DNA of 64,000 nucleotides from Candidatus Latescibacterota bacterium (GTDB lineage Bacteria; Latescibacterota; UBA2968; GCA-2709665), in NCBI GenBank assembly GCA_965219995.1, contig CBDCOX010000002.1, positions 256,001-320,000 on the forward strand. Reading direction: 5' to 3'. A program made the translations under genes and the position numbers. Positions 47,249 through 57,374 of this stretch are shown here, in pieces. Within the stretch, counting starts at the first letter, position 1; each line of letters opens with the position of its first letter. The notes beneath the pieces were generated by a model that was not told where the DNA came from, ran no database searches, and saw only the letters and a list, made by a program, of their open reading frames with translations.

Positions 47249-48310
47249 ATGGGAAAGGGTCGCACGTTCGAATCCGAGGTGAGCGCGCTGCGCGACGACA
47301 GGACCGGCGCATCCGTCCGCCAGATGACGGATCATCCTTCCATCAATCACAATCTGTACTTTTCGAACCCGTCATGGACGCCGGACGGAAACACCATTGT
47401 GTTTACGTCGTTCCGCTCGGGGAAGCCCGATCTGTTCAGGATGGACGAGGCCAGCGGCGCGATTACGCAATTGACCGACGTGGAAGGGTTCGGAGGATTC
47501 GCCGCTTGCCCGTCGCGAGACGGAAGCAGGGTGTTCTACAATGCGGCCGGACAGGTACGAGCCGTGGACCTCGACTCACTGAAGGAATCGGTTCTCGCCG
47601 ATTTCGGAAGCGGCAGCGCGGGTGGGTGCAGTCTCTCGTCGGACGGCGCGCGCCTGGTCACCTCCCTGCAGCGGGACGGAGCATCGGCGGTGGTCGCCGT
47701 GGAAACCGACGGGTCCGGATTCCGCGTCGTTCGGGAACCGCCACGAGCCGTCGGCCATGTTCAGGTCTGCCCGGCGGACCCGGACCTGATCCTGTATTCC
47801 AGCGACGTGAATCAGCGCATGTGGGAGGTAAGAATCGACGGAAGCGGTGAACGCGCGCTTTTCGTGCACGACAAATCGGTGTGGATTACGCACGAGACGT
47901 TTCTCGGGCACTCCGACACCGTCATGTTCGTACATTGGCCCTTCGCGCTGCGGGCGATCAGGATGGGAGCGGACGAAGACCGGACCGTTGCTTCATTCAA
48001 CGTCTGGCATCCTTCGCCGCGCCGGGATGGATCCCTCATCGTGTGCGATACCACGTGTCCCGATATCGGATTGCAACTGATCGATCCGGATACCGGGGCC
48101 CACGAAACGCTCTGCTATCCGGGCAGCTCCAACGGAGGCGCCCAGTGGGCGAAGACGGTCCCCGCGGACGATGACAAAACGACGCCGGAAACGTACGGAC
48201 CGCAGTGGTCTCATCCCCACCCGTCGTTCAGTCCGGACGGCAAACGGGTGATCTATACCTCGGATCGAACCGGCACAAGCCAGATTTACGTGGCGGATGT
48301 ACCGGATTGA
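47249..48310 (+). CDS. Oligogalacturonate lyase-like / TolB-like beta-propeller
   Basis: MGKG..., NLYFSNPSWTPDG, THE, HPHPSFSPDGK..YTSDRTG. Confidence 0.85.
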   Translation: MGKGRTFESEVSALRDDRTGASVRQMTDHPSINHNLYFSNPSWTPDGNTIVFTSFRSGKPDLFRMDEASGAITQLTDVEGFGGFAACPSRDGSRVFYNAAGQVRAVDLDSLKESVLADFGSGSAGGCSLSSDGARLVTSLQRDGASAVVAVETDGSGFRVVREPPRAVGHVQVCPADPDLILYSSDVNQRMWEVRIDGSGERALFVHDKSVWITHETFLGHSDTVMFVHWPFALRAIRMGADEDRTVASFNVWHPSPRRDGSLIVCDTTCPDIGLQLIDPDTGAHETLCYPGSSNGGAQWAKTVPADDDKTTPETYGPQWSHPHPSFSPDGKRVIYTSDRTGTSQIYVADVPD

Positions 48311-48349
48311 TGCTCACCGTACTGCGTAGCGGAATACCGGAGTGACACC

Positions 48350-48724
48350 ATGCCTGCACCGGGTGAGTGGGCAATCACGGCAACCCGCCCTGTATTGATC
48401 GTTTCGGACGTCGACCGCGCGCTGGTGTTCTACGGGCGGATCGGTTTCGAACAGGAATTCCGCAACGACGTGGTATACGCCGTGGTTCGCATGGGGGCGT
48501 TCTCCATCCATCTCGGCACCAGAATGGATCCGGTCGGCCAGGGGTTGTCTCAGGCGGTGATCGAAATGCGGGGCGTCGACGCCTATTACGCTTTCTGTAT
48601 CCAGCAGGGGGTGAGGATCCATCGTGAAATACAGGACCGCTTCTACGGTTTGCGGGATTTCCAGTTGACCGACCCGGACGGAAACATCATTACGTTCGGC
48701 GAGCGGGTGCCTTCGGGCAGATGA
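48350..48724 (+). CDS. VOC (glyoxalase/bleomycin resistance) family protein
   Basis: PVLIVSDVDRALVFY, YGLRDFQLTDPDGNIITF. Confidence 0.88.
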   Translation: MPAPGEWAITATRPVLIVSDVDRALVFYGRIGFEQEFRNDVVYAVVRMGAFSIHLGTRMDPVGQGLSQAVIEMRGVDAYYAFCIQQGVRIHREIQDRFYGLRDFQLTDPDGNIITFGERVPSGR

Positions 48725-48798
48725 GTCCGGTGGGTGCGAACTGCCTGAGAGCTCGTGTGGGGTTGGCGGCGCGTCGGTGCCGTTCGGGCAAAAAATGC

Positions 48799-48827
48799 TT
48801 GACTCCATGTGCGCAAACCGTTAGATT
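48799..48827 (+). promoter_or_regulatory. Candidate sigma70 promoter upstream of the TPR-moxR-bat region
   Basis: TTGACT-N17-TAGATT preceded by an A-tract. Confidence 0.5.
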
Positions 48828-49096
48828 TGCGTGCCCCCTTGCGTCGTATTATCCTCAATAAAATAAAGAAGATATAGATGCTCGTGTCCGATGGTGACCA
48901 GGATCGGCGCGGTCGGCTCGCCCCGGGACGCTTTCCGCTGATGCGGACGTGAAGACCGTCGGCGCGGCGTATTTGAGCGCCTGTGCAGGAGGCCGTCCCG
49001 AAACGCGGTCGCTGAATTTGAACAGGGCGTCGAAAAACTCGGAACCGGGAATCGGTTGAAGTGTATTCCTTATATAATAAGGAGAGGACATCCAGA

Positions 49097-49582
49097 ATGA
49101 TCCGGTGGACATGGGTGCTGGGCATGGCGATTCTCGTGGGATGCGGCCGCGAATCCGCGGATGAGCTCTTTGCAAAAGGGGAGGCGGCAACTCACAAGGA
49201 GGCGACGTATCCGGAGGCAGAGGCGCAACTCAAGAAATTCCTGGATTTCTATCCTGACGATCCGAGGGCGGACCTGGTCTTGCACGCGCTGGCTCGCGTG
49301 CTGCTGAATCGACACAAGTTCGATGAGGCAATCGGATTCTATGGGACGCTGGTATCGCGTTTTCCGGAGAGCCGATACGCGGACCAGGCGCAGTTCATGA
49401 TCGGGTACGCCTACGATCTCCAGGGAAAATATCAACGGGCCCGGGAGGCTTACCAGAAAGTCATCGAGATGTTCCCGAAGTCGGAATTGTACGACGATGC
49501 CGCCGTTTCCATCAGGAATCTGGGCAAGCCGCCCGAAGAATGGTTTCCCGTCGATTCGACCTCGACTATAGGCGTAAACTGA
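49097..49582 (+). CDS. TPR lipoprotein (BamD/CpoB-like repeats)
   Basis: Lipobox LVG-C; FYPDDPRAD, RFPESRYADQAQFMIG, MFPKSE. Confidence 0.85.
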   Translation: MIRWTWVLGMAILVGCGRESADELFAKGEAATHKEATYPEAEAQLKKFLDFYPDDPRADLVLHALARVLLNRHKFDEAIGFYGTLVSRFPESRYADQAQFMIGYAYDLQGKYQRAREAYQKVIEMFPKSELYDDAAVSIRNLGKPPEEWFPVDSTSTIGVN

Positions 49583-49778
49583 ATCGGGAACGGGTGTGGG
49601 TTTCGACAAAGACGGGTACAAGGTTCCGGTCGCCGCATCCCCCCCTGACGCGTATCGCCGTTTCAGGCTGTCATTCCGTTCTTGAAGCCATGTTTTCTCG
49701 ATTTTCCAACAGCACAGCGCAGCCGGACGGTATCGGTGCATAAGGAAACCGTCCGGTATTCTATTTTGGGACCCATTG

Positions 49779-50774
49779 ATGATGATCGCCGCCGAAATTC
49801 AGCAACTGAACGATGAAGTAGAACGGGAGAGCGCTTTTGTCCAGCGCCTCACCGGTGAGGTGGGTCGTGTAATCGTGGGCCAGGAGCCCATGGTCGAACG
49901 GCTGCTGATCGGGCTGCTGTGCAACGGCCATGTATTGCTCGAAGGCGTGCCGGGGCTGGGAAAGACACTGACCGTCACCACGCTTGCAGTTGCTATCCAG
50001 GCCTCGTTCAGCCGAATTCAGTTCACCCCCGATCTGTTGCCCGCGGACCTGATCGGTACGATGATCTACAACCAGGCCACCGGCGAATTTGCACCGAAGA
50101 AGGGTCCGGTCTTCGCACAACTCGTACTCGCCGACGAAGTGAACAGGGCGCCCGCCAAGGTGCAGAGCGCCATGCTGGAGGCAATGCAGGAGCGGCAGGT
50201 GACCATCGGCGACCGGACCTTTCGGATGGACGATCCGTTTCTTGTTCTGGCCACGCAGAATCCAATCGAGCAGGAGGGAACCTATCCGCTGCCGGAGGCG
50301 CAGGTGGACAGGTTCATGATGAAGGTCCGCGTCACGTATCCGCGACGGGAGGAGGAGCGGGCGATTATCGACCGGATGGAGGGCGGGGAAGCCCCGGCCG
50401 CAAACCCCGTGGTCCGTCCCGAAGATATCATCCGCGCGCGCGCCGTAGTCGACCGGGTGTACGTCGACGACAAGATCAAGGACTACATCGTGAACCTGAT
50501 GCTGGCCACCCGTGATCCCGCGGCATTCGGAATTCAGGATCTCAACGCGCTGATCGAATACGGGTGTTCGCCGCGGGGCTCCATTTTCCTGACGCGGGCG
50601 GCCAAGGCCCACGCCTTTTTGCGGCAGAGGGGATACGTGACGCCGGAAGACGTGAAAGCCGTGGGCCTGGACGTTCTTCGTCACCGGGTGATCGTTACCT
50701 ACGAAGCGGAAGCCGAGGAGGTCGACTCGGAGGAGATCGTCCGTCGGATTTTCGATCATGTCGAGGTACCCTGA
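49779..50774 (+). CDS. moxR: MoxR family AAA+ ATPase
   Basis: EGVPGLGKT, RIQFTPDLLPAD, ADEVNRAPAKVQSA, ATQNPIEQEGTYPLPEAQVDRF. Confidence 0.97.
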   Translation: MMIAAEIQQLNDEVERESAFVQRLTGEVGRVIVGQEPMVERLLIGLLCNGHVLLEGVPGLGKTLTVTTLAVAIQASFSRIQFTPDLLPADLIGTMIYNQATGEFAPKKGPVFAQLVLADEVNRAPAKVQSAMLEAMQERQVTIGDRTFRMDDPFLVLATQNPIEQEGTYPLPEAQVDRFMMKVRVTYPRREEERAIIDRMEGGEAPAANPVVRPEDIIRARAVVDRVYVDDKIKDYIVNLMLATRDPAAFGIQDLNALIEYGCSPRGSIFLTRAAKAHAFLRQRGYVTPEDVKAVGLDVLRHRVIVTYEAEAEEVDSEEIVRRIFDHVEVP

Positions 50775-50778
50775 CCCG

Positions 50779-51660
50779 ATGATTCCCGCCGAGATTCTCA
50801 GGAAAGTGAGGCGCATCGAACTGCGCACGAGGCATCTGGTCGATACGGTGTTTTCGGGAGAGTACCATTCCGTCTTCAAAGGCCAGGGAATGGCGTTCGC
50901 CGAAGTGCGTGAATACCAGGTGGGAGACGATATCCGGTCGATCGACTGGAACGTCACCGCCCGGATGGGACATCCCTTTGTCAAGGTGTACGACGAAGAA
51001 CGCGAACTGACGGTGATGTTGATGGTGGATGCCAGCGCATCCGGTGATTTCGGGACGGTCTCGCAGATGAAGGGCGAAATCGGCGTCGAGATCTGCGCCT
51101 TGCTGGCATTTTCGGCAATACAGAACAACGATCGGGTGGGGCTGATTATCTTCACGGACGACGTAGAGGCGTTCATACCGCCCAAAAAGGGCAGAAAGCA
51201 CGTGTTGCGGGTCATACGGGAACTGTTGTACTTCCGGCCCAGCCGGCGGGGAACGGACATCGGTGCGGCACTGGACACCCTCAACCGGATCAACAAACGG
51301 AAGAGCGTGGTGTTTCTTGTTTCCGATTTTCTGGCTTCCGGCTACGAAGCAGCGCTTCGGGTGTCGTGCAGAAGGCACGACCTGATCGCGGTCGTGCTTC
51401 AGGATCCGCGGGAACGTGAATTGCCCGATATCGGTCTCGTCGAAGTGGAGGACGCGGAAACCGGCCGGGAGATGCTGGTGGATACGTCCGACCGGGAGTT
51501 TCGGGTTCTTTTCAGGCAGTTGAACGAGAGGTTGGAGGAGCGGCGGGATCAGCTGTTCCGGTCCGTCGGCGTCGACCGCGTCGATATTCGTACGGAAGCA
51601 TCCTATGTCGATGCGCTGATGCGGTTCTTCCGAAAACGGGCGCAGCAGATCGCGGCATAG
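50779..51660 (+). CDS. DUF58 (vWA-like) protein
   Basis: GEYHSVFKGQGM.FAEVREYQ.GDD.R.IDWNVTAR, EEREL, DASAS. Confidence 0.95.
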   Translation: MIPAEILRKVRRIELRTRHLVDTVFSGEYHSVFKGQGMAFAEVREYQVGDDIRSIDWNVTARMGHPFVKVYDEERELTVMLMVDASASGDFGTVSQMKGEIGVEICALLAFSAIQNNDRVGLIIFTDDVEAFIPPKKGRKHVLRVIRELLYFRPSRRGTDIGAALDTLNRINKRKSVVFLVSDFLASGYEAALRVSCRRHDLIAVVLQDPRERELPDIGLVEVEDAETGREMLVDTSDREFRVLFRQLNERLEERRDQLFRSVGVDRVDIRTEASYVDALMRFFRKRAQQIAA

Positions 51661-51692
51661 CTGTCAGGATGGGCTCTTTCAACGGGACGGTC

Positions 51693-51854
51693 GTGTTCTG
51701 TCCCGGAAATAAGTTGCCTGAATTCGGCTGTCGAGTCGCCCGGCTCGCAAGGCGCCAGAGCGCAGGCGACCTGGCCAGGTCGGCGAGCGAGGGGAACGCA
51801 GCGAGACGGGATGGATCGGCGGCCGAATGGTGAGGTATTTCTGGGACAGGACAC
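51693..51854. mobile_element. MITE-like element B (162 bp)
   Basis: TIRs GTGTTCTGTCCCGGAAATA / TATTTCTGGGACAGGACAC (17/19 inverted match); related ends at 1243 and 1606-1660. Confidence 0.72.
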
Positions 51855-51867
51855 TGTGGAGGCGCGT

Positions 51868-52803
51868 GTGATCGAGGTTGATCATCTGACCAAACAATAT
51901 GGCTCGCTGGTGGCGGTCCGGGACCTGACCTTCAGCGTGGAAAAGGGAGAAGTGGTCGGGTTTCTTGGCCCCAACGGCGCGGGCAAGACCACCACCATGC
52001 GCATCCTGACGTGTTTTCAGCCGGCCACGTTGGGCACCGCCCGGGTGGCCGGCTTCGACGTATTCCACGAACCGATGGAGGTCAAGAGGCGAATCGGGTA
52101 CCTGCCGGAACACCCGCCGCTTTACAGGGACATGTACGTAAGGTCGTACCTGGATTTCGTGGCGCAGATCAAGGGGGTGCCGTCGCGGAATCGCGGGTCC
52201 CGGGTGGACGACGCGATGGAACGATGCGGGATCACGGACCGGGCGAAGCAGCTGATCGGCCAGCTCTCCAAGGGATATCGCCAGCGGGTCGGGATCGCCC
52301 AGGCCATCCTGCACGATCCGGACGTCATTATCCTGGATGAACCCACCATCGGGCTGGATCCCAACCAGATCCAGGAGATTCGCCGGGTGATCCGGGGCCT
52401 GGGACGGGAACACACGGTGATTCTGAGCACGCACATTCTGCCCGAGGTTGAAAAGACCTGCGATCGTGTAATCATCATCAACAGGGGCCGGATCGCGGCG
52501 GTGGATACGCCGGAAAACCTGACGGCGGGCGCGTCCGGCAACCGGCGGTACTACGTCGCGGTGTCGGGCGACCTGAACGATGCGGCCGAAGCCATCCGGG
52601 AGGTTGCGGGCGTGGTGGACGTCAGGAAGGCGGAAGACAACCAGGCGTTACAGATCGAAGCGTCCGGTGAAACCGACATGCGTCCGTCGATTGCAGCGAG
52701 GCTGGTAGAGCGCGGTCTGGGGCTGGTGGAGTTGCGACCGATTACGGCCGGGTTGGAGGACATTTTCCGGGAACTGACAGGACACGAGGAGGCGGGGACC
52801 TGA
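51868..52803 (+). CDS. ABC exporter ATP-binding protein (GldA-like)
   Basis: GPNGAGKTT, GYLPEHPPLY, LSKGYRQRVG, DEPT.GLDPNQI, STHILPEV; RBS GGAGG before GTG 51868. Confidence 0.93.
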   Translation: MIEVDHLTKQYGSLVAVRDLTFSVEKGEVVGFLGPNGAGKTTTMRILTCFQPATLGTARVAGFDVFHEPMEVKRRIGYLPEHPPLYRDMYVRSYLDFVAQIKGVPSRNRGSRVDDAMERCGITDRAKQLIGQLSKGYRQRVGIAQAILHDPDVIILDEPTIGLDPNQIQEIRRVIRGLGREHTVILSTHILPEVEKTCDRVIIINRGRIAAVDTPENLTAGASGNRRYYVAVSGDLNDAAEAIREVAGVVDVRKAEDNQALQIEASGETDMRPSIAARLVERGLGLVELRPITAGLEDIFRELTGHEEAGT

Positions 52804-53579
52804 TGGGAAATATCGCCGCGATTTTCTGGAAGGAGATGCGTTCCTATTTCGGTTCGCCGATCGCCTACGTGGTGGCGACCGGTTTCCTCTTGATGATGGG
52901 ATATCTATTCCAGAACGAAGTCGTCGAATTTCGCGCGAAATGCCTGAATTACTCATTTCAGCATCAGGAGCACGGCGTGGATGCGCCAAACGTGAACGAG
53001 GACGTCGTGTTCCACTTCTTCCTCAGCCAGTGCCTCGTCTGGCTGGTGGTGACGCCCATGCTGACGATGCGGCTGTTCGCGGAGGAGAAGGGCTCCGGGA
53101 CGATCGAGCTCCTGATGACGTCGCCCCTGACCACGTGGCAGGTCATTCTCGGCAAATTCGCCGCCTGTCTCGGGCTGTACGTCATCATTGAACTGCTGCT
53201 TCTATCGCTGATCTTCGTCGTGTCGTTTTACGGCGATCTGAATTGGGGCCGCGTGCTGTCCGCCTGTGTCGCGATACTGCTGCTGGGAGGTTCGTTCATC
53301 AGCGTGGGCATTCTGGCCTCCTCACTGACCGACAAACAGATTGTCGCGGTCGTCATCGCATTTGTCCTCCTGCTTCTCCTCTTCGTGGTGCGGTATTCGC
53401 CCGAGCTTATTGGACGCGAATGGGCAACCGTTCTGTTCTACCTTTCGCTGATCGATCACACGAGGGAAATGGCACGGGGCGTGATCGACAGCAGCGACGT
53501 GATCTTTTTTCTCACCTTTACGTTTTTTTTCCTGTTCCTGACGCATACCGCGCTTGAATCGCGCCGCTGGAGGCGATAG
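52803..53579 (+). CDS. ABC-2 permease (GldF-like)
   Basis: KEMRSYFGSPIAYVV, PMLTMRLFAEEK.SGTIELL.TSP, LTDKQIVA, GVIDSSD. Confidence 0.9.
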   Translation: MGNIAAIFWKEMRSYFGSPIAYVVATGFLLMMGYLFQNEVVEFRAKCLNYSFQHQEHGVDAPNVNEDVVFHFFLSQCLVWLVVTPMLTMRLFAEEKGSGTIELLMTSPLTTWQVILGKFAACLGLYVIIELLLLSLIFVVSFYGDLNWGRVLSACVAILLLGGSFISVGILASSLTDKQIVAVVIAFVLLLLLFVVRYSPELIGREWATVLFYLSLIDHTREMARGVIDSSDVIFFLTFTFFFLFLTHTALESRRWRR

Positions 53580-53582
53580 ATA

Positions 53583-54953
53583 ATGATCGGTTTTTTCGGG
53601 TCCCGCCTGGTCAGGTACGGTTCGAGTACACTGGTTGCCGTTCTCGCCCTGCTTGCGATTCTGGTTGCGGTCAACTTCCTCGCCAGGCGCTATCCCCACC
53701 GGATCGACGTTACGGAGGGCGGAATGCACAGCCTCTCCGACCAGACCGCCACGTTGCTGGACTCCCTGTCCACGGACGTGCACGTGCTGGCGTTTTTTCA
53801 CGAAACCGACCCTGAGGCGGTCGAGTTCAATGAAAGGCTCGAAACCTATGCCTATCATTCAGACCGGTTTACCTTTAAGATGGTGGATCCGGCGGTCCAT
53901 CCCGGCGAAGCACGGAGGTACGGGGTGGGCAAGCCGCGAATCTCGGTGGTCATGTCGGAAGGACGGGAAGAGCGGATTGCGGGAACCGAGGAGAATCACC
54001 TGACCAACGCGGTGGCCAAGGTTGTCCGGGAACGCGGGAAAATTGTCTATTTCTCGGCCGGACACGGAGAACGGACGCTGAAGGCGCCGGAAGGCGATTT
54101 CATTCGCGTCGGGCAGTCATTGCGGGAGGCCGGGTACGGCGTTCGGGATACCCTGGTTCTGGATGCCGGAAAGGGCGTCCCGGCGGATTGCGATTTGTTG
54201 ATCGTGGCGGGGCCGACCGCCGCATTTTCCAGTATCGAAACCGATTCTATCCGCAACTTCCTTGCGGGAGGGGGATCCGCGTTGTTCCTGCTCGACCCGG
54301 GTGGCGAAACGGGTCTGGAACCGCTGCTGGCGGGATGGGGCATCCAGGTCAACGACGACTACGTCCTGGGTTGGGGGCCGGGCGACCCGTCCATGCCGGG
54401 ATCGGTCTGGTACGCGCGACATCCGGTATCGGAAAAGCACCGCAGCCGAAATTTGAGGACATTCTACAGGCTTGCGCGGTCCGTGTCCCGCATCGAAAAC
54501 GCCTCCGGAGTGCAGGTCCATGAACTGGTAACAACCCATCCCCGAGACAGTTGGCGGGAAGAGAAGCTGCCCGATGCGTCGCCGGTCTACGATCCGGGAG
54601 CGGACCTGCCGGGTCCGGCGTCGGTCGCTGTCGCCGTGCTCGACAGACCGAATTACCGCAGGCACGCATCCTCCGACGTCGGGTTGCGCCACACCCGGAT
54701 CGTCGTTTTTGGGGACTCCGATTTCGCTGGCAACGAATTCTTCGACACCGTGGGCAACGGCGACCTGTTCATGAATGCGGTGAGCTGGCTGATGGAGGAG
54801 GGGGACCTGATCTCGATCCGACCCAAAATGTGGGCTTTCAGGGGCGTCGTGATGACGGCGGAAGACCTCATGTGGCTTTCATGGCTTTCCGTCGTGGTTC
54901 TTCCGGCGATACCCGTCGTCGTCGGGATCGGCGTCTGGCGCAGGCGGCGCTGA
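53583..54953 (+). CDS. GldG-like ABC auxiliary component
   Basis: RIDVTEGGMHSLSDQT, YFSAGHGE, LIVAGP, VFGDSDF, GNGDLFMNAVSWL, C-terminal TM. Confidence 0.9.
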   Translation: MIGFFGSRLVRYGSSTLVAVLALLAILVAVNFLARRYPHRIDVTEGGMHSLSDQTATLLDSLSTDVHVLAFFHETDPEAVEFNERLETYAYHSDRFTFKMVDPAVHPGEARRYGVGKPRISVVMSEGREERIAGTEENHLTNAVAKVVRERGKIVYFSAGHGERTLKAPEGDFIRVGQSLREAGYGVRDTLVLDAGKGVPADCDLLIVAGPTAAFSSIETDSIRNFLAGGGSALFLLDPGGETGLEPLLAGWGIQVNDDYVLGWGPGDPSMPGSVWYARHPVSEKHRSRNLRTFYRLARSVSRIENASGVQVHELVTTHPRDSWREEKLPDASPVYDPGADLPGPASVAVAVLDRPNYRRHASSDVGLRHTRIVVFGDSDFAGNEFFDTVGNGDLFMNAVSWLMEEGDLISIRPKMWAFRGVVMTAEDLMWLSWLSVVVLPAIPVVVGIGVWRRRR

Positions 54954-55002
54954 CGCCCGGGCGTGATTCGCCCGAAACGGAGAAGCCGGACAGGCATTTT
55001 CT

Positions 55003-56433
55003 ATGAGCTTAAGGACAACAGGTGGTCTGGTGCTGCTTCTGGCCGCGCTCGTCGGTTTTGTCTATTTCTACGAAATCCGGGGCGCCGACGAGCGTTTTAT
55101 GGCCCAGGCCAGGGCCGGGCGCCTGCTGCCTCTGAAAGCAGAAGCAGTCACGGGGCTGACGGTTCAACGGGGCGACACGACCATCGTCATCGAAAAATCG
55201 GAGGAAGGGTGGAGGATCCTGCAGCCGGTAGCCACCGGCGGCGATGACGGCGAGATCACGGGACTGATCCGCACGGTACAGAATATGGACCTTGAGCGCG
55301 TGGTCGCGGACAGCGTCCGAATCGCGCGAGGGCAGGCCCGTCTTTCGGATTTCGGCCTTGACAGACCGAATCTGGCACTGGCGATAAAGCAGGCGGGCCG
55401 GGTAGATTCACTCTTCTGGGGAGATCGGAGTCCGACCGGCCGTTACGGCTATATCAGATGGTCGGGGCATCCGGGGATTCTCGCGGTCGCCGCCCCGTTC
55501 CGGATGAGATTGGAAAAAGGGCTGTTGCGACTGCGTGACCGGCGCGTTGCGGATTTCAACCGGGCAACCGTGCGCAAAATCGAAATTGCACGAGGGGACG
55601 CGAGGGTCGTCGTAGAGAAACTTTCGGAAGCATGGCGCCTGACGTATCCGGTAAACGACCGCACCGACAGCGACGAGGTCCAGAAGCTGATCAAACGGCT
55701 GTATACCGCCGAATTCACTCGCGTGATCGCTGAAGGGCCCGGGCAGGCCGGCGATTACGGCCTGGAGAGTCCAACGCTGACGGTTTCGATTTTCGATGGC
55801 CCCGATGAACGGAAGAAGACCGTGAGGATCGGACGCCGAATGGGCGCGAGCCGGTTTCCGCCGTTTTTCGCGGCTTTTTCCGCCCGCCCCATGGTATTCC
55901 TGGTCGATTCGACCCTTGTCGCCGATCTGAGGAAGACGGGTTCGGATCTTAGATTCAAGCGTATTTTTGCGTTCGACACCGCCGGAGTCGACCGGTTGAA
56001 GCTGGCGTATCGGGACCGGACCGTGGAATGTGTCAGAGATCAACGCGGCGAAGGCTGGCAGGTGCTGCAGCCGAAGCTGCATATCGTCCTGGAACACCGC
56101 GTCCGACATCTCTTTCGCACCATCGAATTGCTCGAAGCCGGAGAATTCGTCGCGGAAGCGCTGACAATACCCGAGGCATTCGGGCTTGACCGTCCGGCAC
56201 TGGAGATCACCGCCTGGCGCGGTGATGCGGTGGCGCAGAAATTGAGTGTCGGCGAAAGGGACGGCAACATTTACGCCCGGGGACATCAGCGTCCCCAGGT
56301 CGTCAGGATCGATGCCGAAATTCTGACGAAGCTGAAGCTGGAACTCATCCCCGTGAAACCTGACCTTGTTCAACCCGATACCGTACGGTTAGGTGTACGG
56401 AAGGCGTTCAACGAAATATGGCCCGCGTCCTGA
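55003..56433 (+). CDS. DUF4340 domain protein (repeated domain, N-terminal anchor)
   Basis: Three similar units ending FGLDRP / YGLESP / FGLDRP; W.I..P motifs; usual position after gldG. Confidence 0.8.
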   Translation: MSLRTTGGLVLLLAALVGFVYFYEIRGADERFMAQARAGRLLPLKAEAVTGLTVQRGDTTIVIEKSEEGWRILQPVATGGDDGEITGLIRTVQNMDLERVVADSVRIARGQARLSDFGLDRPNLALAIKQAGRVDSLFWGDRSPTGRYGYIRWSGHPGILAVAAPFRMRLEKGLLRLRDRRVADFNRATVRKIEIARGDARVVVEKLSEAWRLTYPVNDRTDSDEVQKLIKRLYTAEFTRVIAEGPGQAGDYGLESPTLTVSIFDGPDERKKTVRIGRRMGASRFPPFFAAFSARPMVFLVDSTLVADLRKTGSDLRFKRIFAFDTAGVDRLKLAYRDRTVECVRDQRGEGWQVLQPKLHIVLEHRVRHLFRTIELLEAGEFVAEALTIPEAFGLDRPALEITAWRGDAVAQKLSVGERDGNIYARGHQRPQVVRIDAEILTKLKLELIPVKPDLVQPDTVRLGVRKAFNEIWPAS

Positions 56434-57374
56434 TATCGGCGTGGATCGCAGCCTTCGGCCTCTCGATTTCATCCCCGGGCGCCCGCGCAGAAGTTCTGTT
56501 CGATGCGGCGGTCAACCGGGACACGCTTACGGTCGGCGATCCCGTTCTGCTCAGTGTGCGGATCCTGCGCGAATCGGGAGATGCCGTCGCATTGATGCAG
56601 GACGAGGGCTTCCTCGCGCCGTTCGAGGTGCGCCGCCGTGTACCGCCCGCGGCCCGGGAGACGCCCGACGGACGGGTGGAGGAGACGCTCGCCTTCGAAC
56701 TTGCCGTGTACCGGCCGGGTGCGGTCGAAGTGCCCTCACTGGTGCTTCAGGTGCGGACGGCCGAGGGCGACTCCGGCCTGATTACCACGGGGCCGATACC
56801 GGTTGTGGTACGCAGCGTCAGACCGTCGGGAATGACGGACATCCGGGATGTGAAGCCTCCCGTCGACATCGATGCCAGCATACCGGCGTGGTTCTGGATC
56901 GCCCTTGCCGTACTGATCGGCCTTGTGGCTGCTTTGCTGTTGTATTTGAATCGCCGTCGCCGGAAACCGGGAGTCGATCCTCCGCGGCCGCCGGTTGTCT
57001 GGCCCGACGAAGTCGTAAAGATCCTTCGGATGGGGCTCGTGGAAAAAGGAGCACTGAAGCGGTATTACAGCCTGCTTTCCGAGGTGATGCGCCGCTACCT
57101 CGAGGATCGTGTCCGGGTGGATGCCATGGAGTGTACCACGCACGAACTGGTGCGGGACCTCAGACGTGTTCCGGTGGGGGAAGCGGAGGTATCGGCGCTC
57201 GAGCAGCTGTTGTTGGAGGCGGATCTGGTCAAGTTTGCAAAGCTCAGGCCTCGCGATGAAGTCGCGTTGAAGGCCGCCGATTCGGTGCTGGATCTGATGC
57301 GGCGGATGGACGAGCAGGCCCAGACGGGTGAAGACGATTCGACGATCGCGGCGCCCGCGGAGGCCACGGCATGA
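56418..57374 (+). CDS. BatD-like/DUF4381-like membrane protein of the bat operon
   Basis: TVGDPV, DIRDVKPP, TM, RRYLE.R..VDAME.TT.EL, ADLVKFAK. Confidence 0.82.
   Translation: MARVLISAWIAAFGLSISSPGARAEVLFDAAVNRDTLTVGDPVLLSVRILRESGDAVALMQDEGFLAPFEVRRRVPPAARETPDGRVEETLAFELAVYRPGAVEVPSLVLQVRTAEGDSGLITTGPIPVVVRSVRPSGMTDIRDVKPPVDIDASIPAWFWIALAVLIGLVAALLLYLNRRRRKPGVDPPRPPVVWPDEVVKILRMGLVEKGALKRYYSLLSEVMRRYLEDRVRVDAMECTTHELVRDLRRVPVGEAEVSALEQLLLEADLVKFAKLRPRDEVALKAADSVLDLMRRMDEQAQTGEDDSTIAAPAEATA

Noticed and set aside
49056-49078. TTGAAG...TATAAT promoter
   Set aside because: The spacing is only 11 bp, so the pair is not a credible sigma70 promoter
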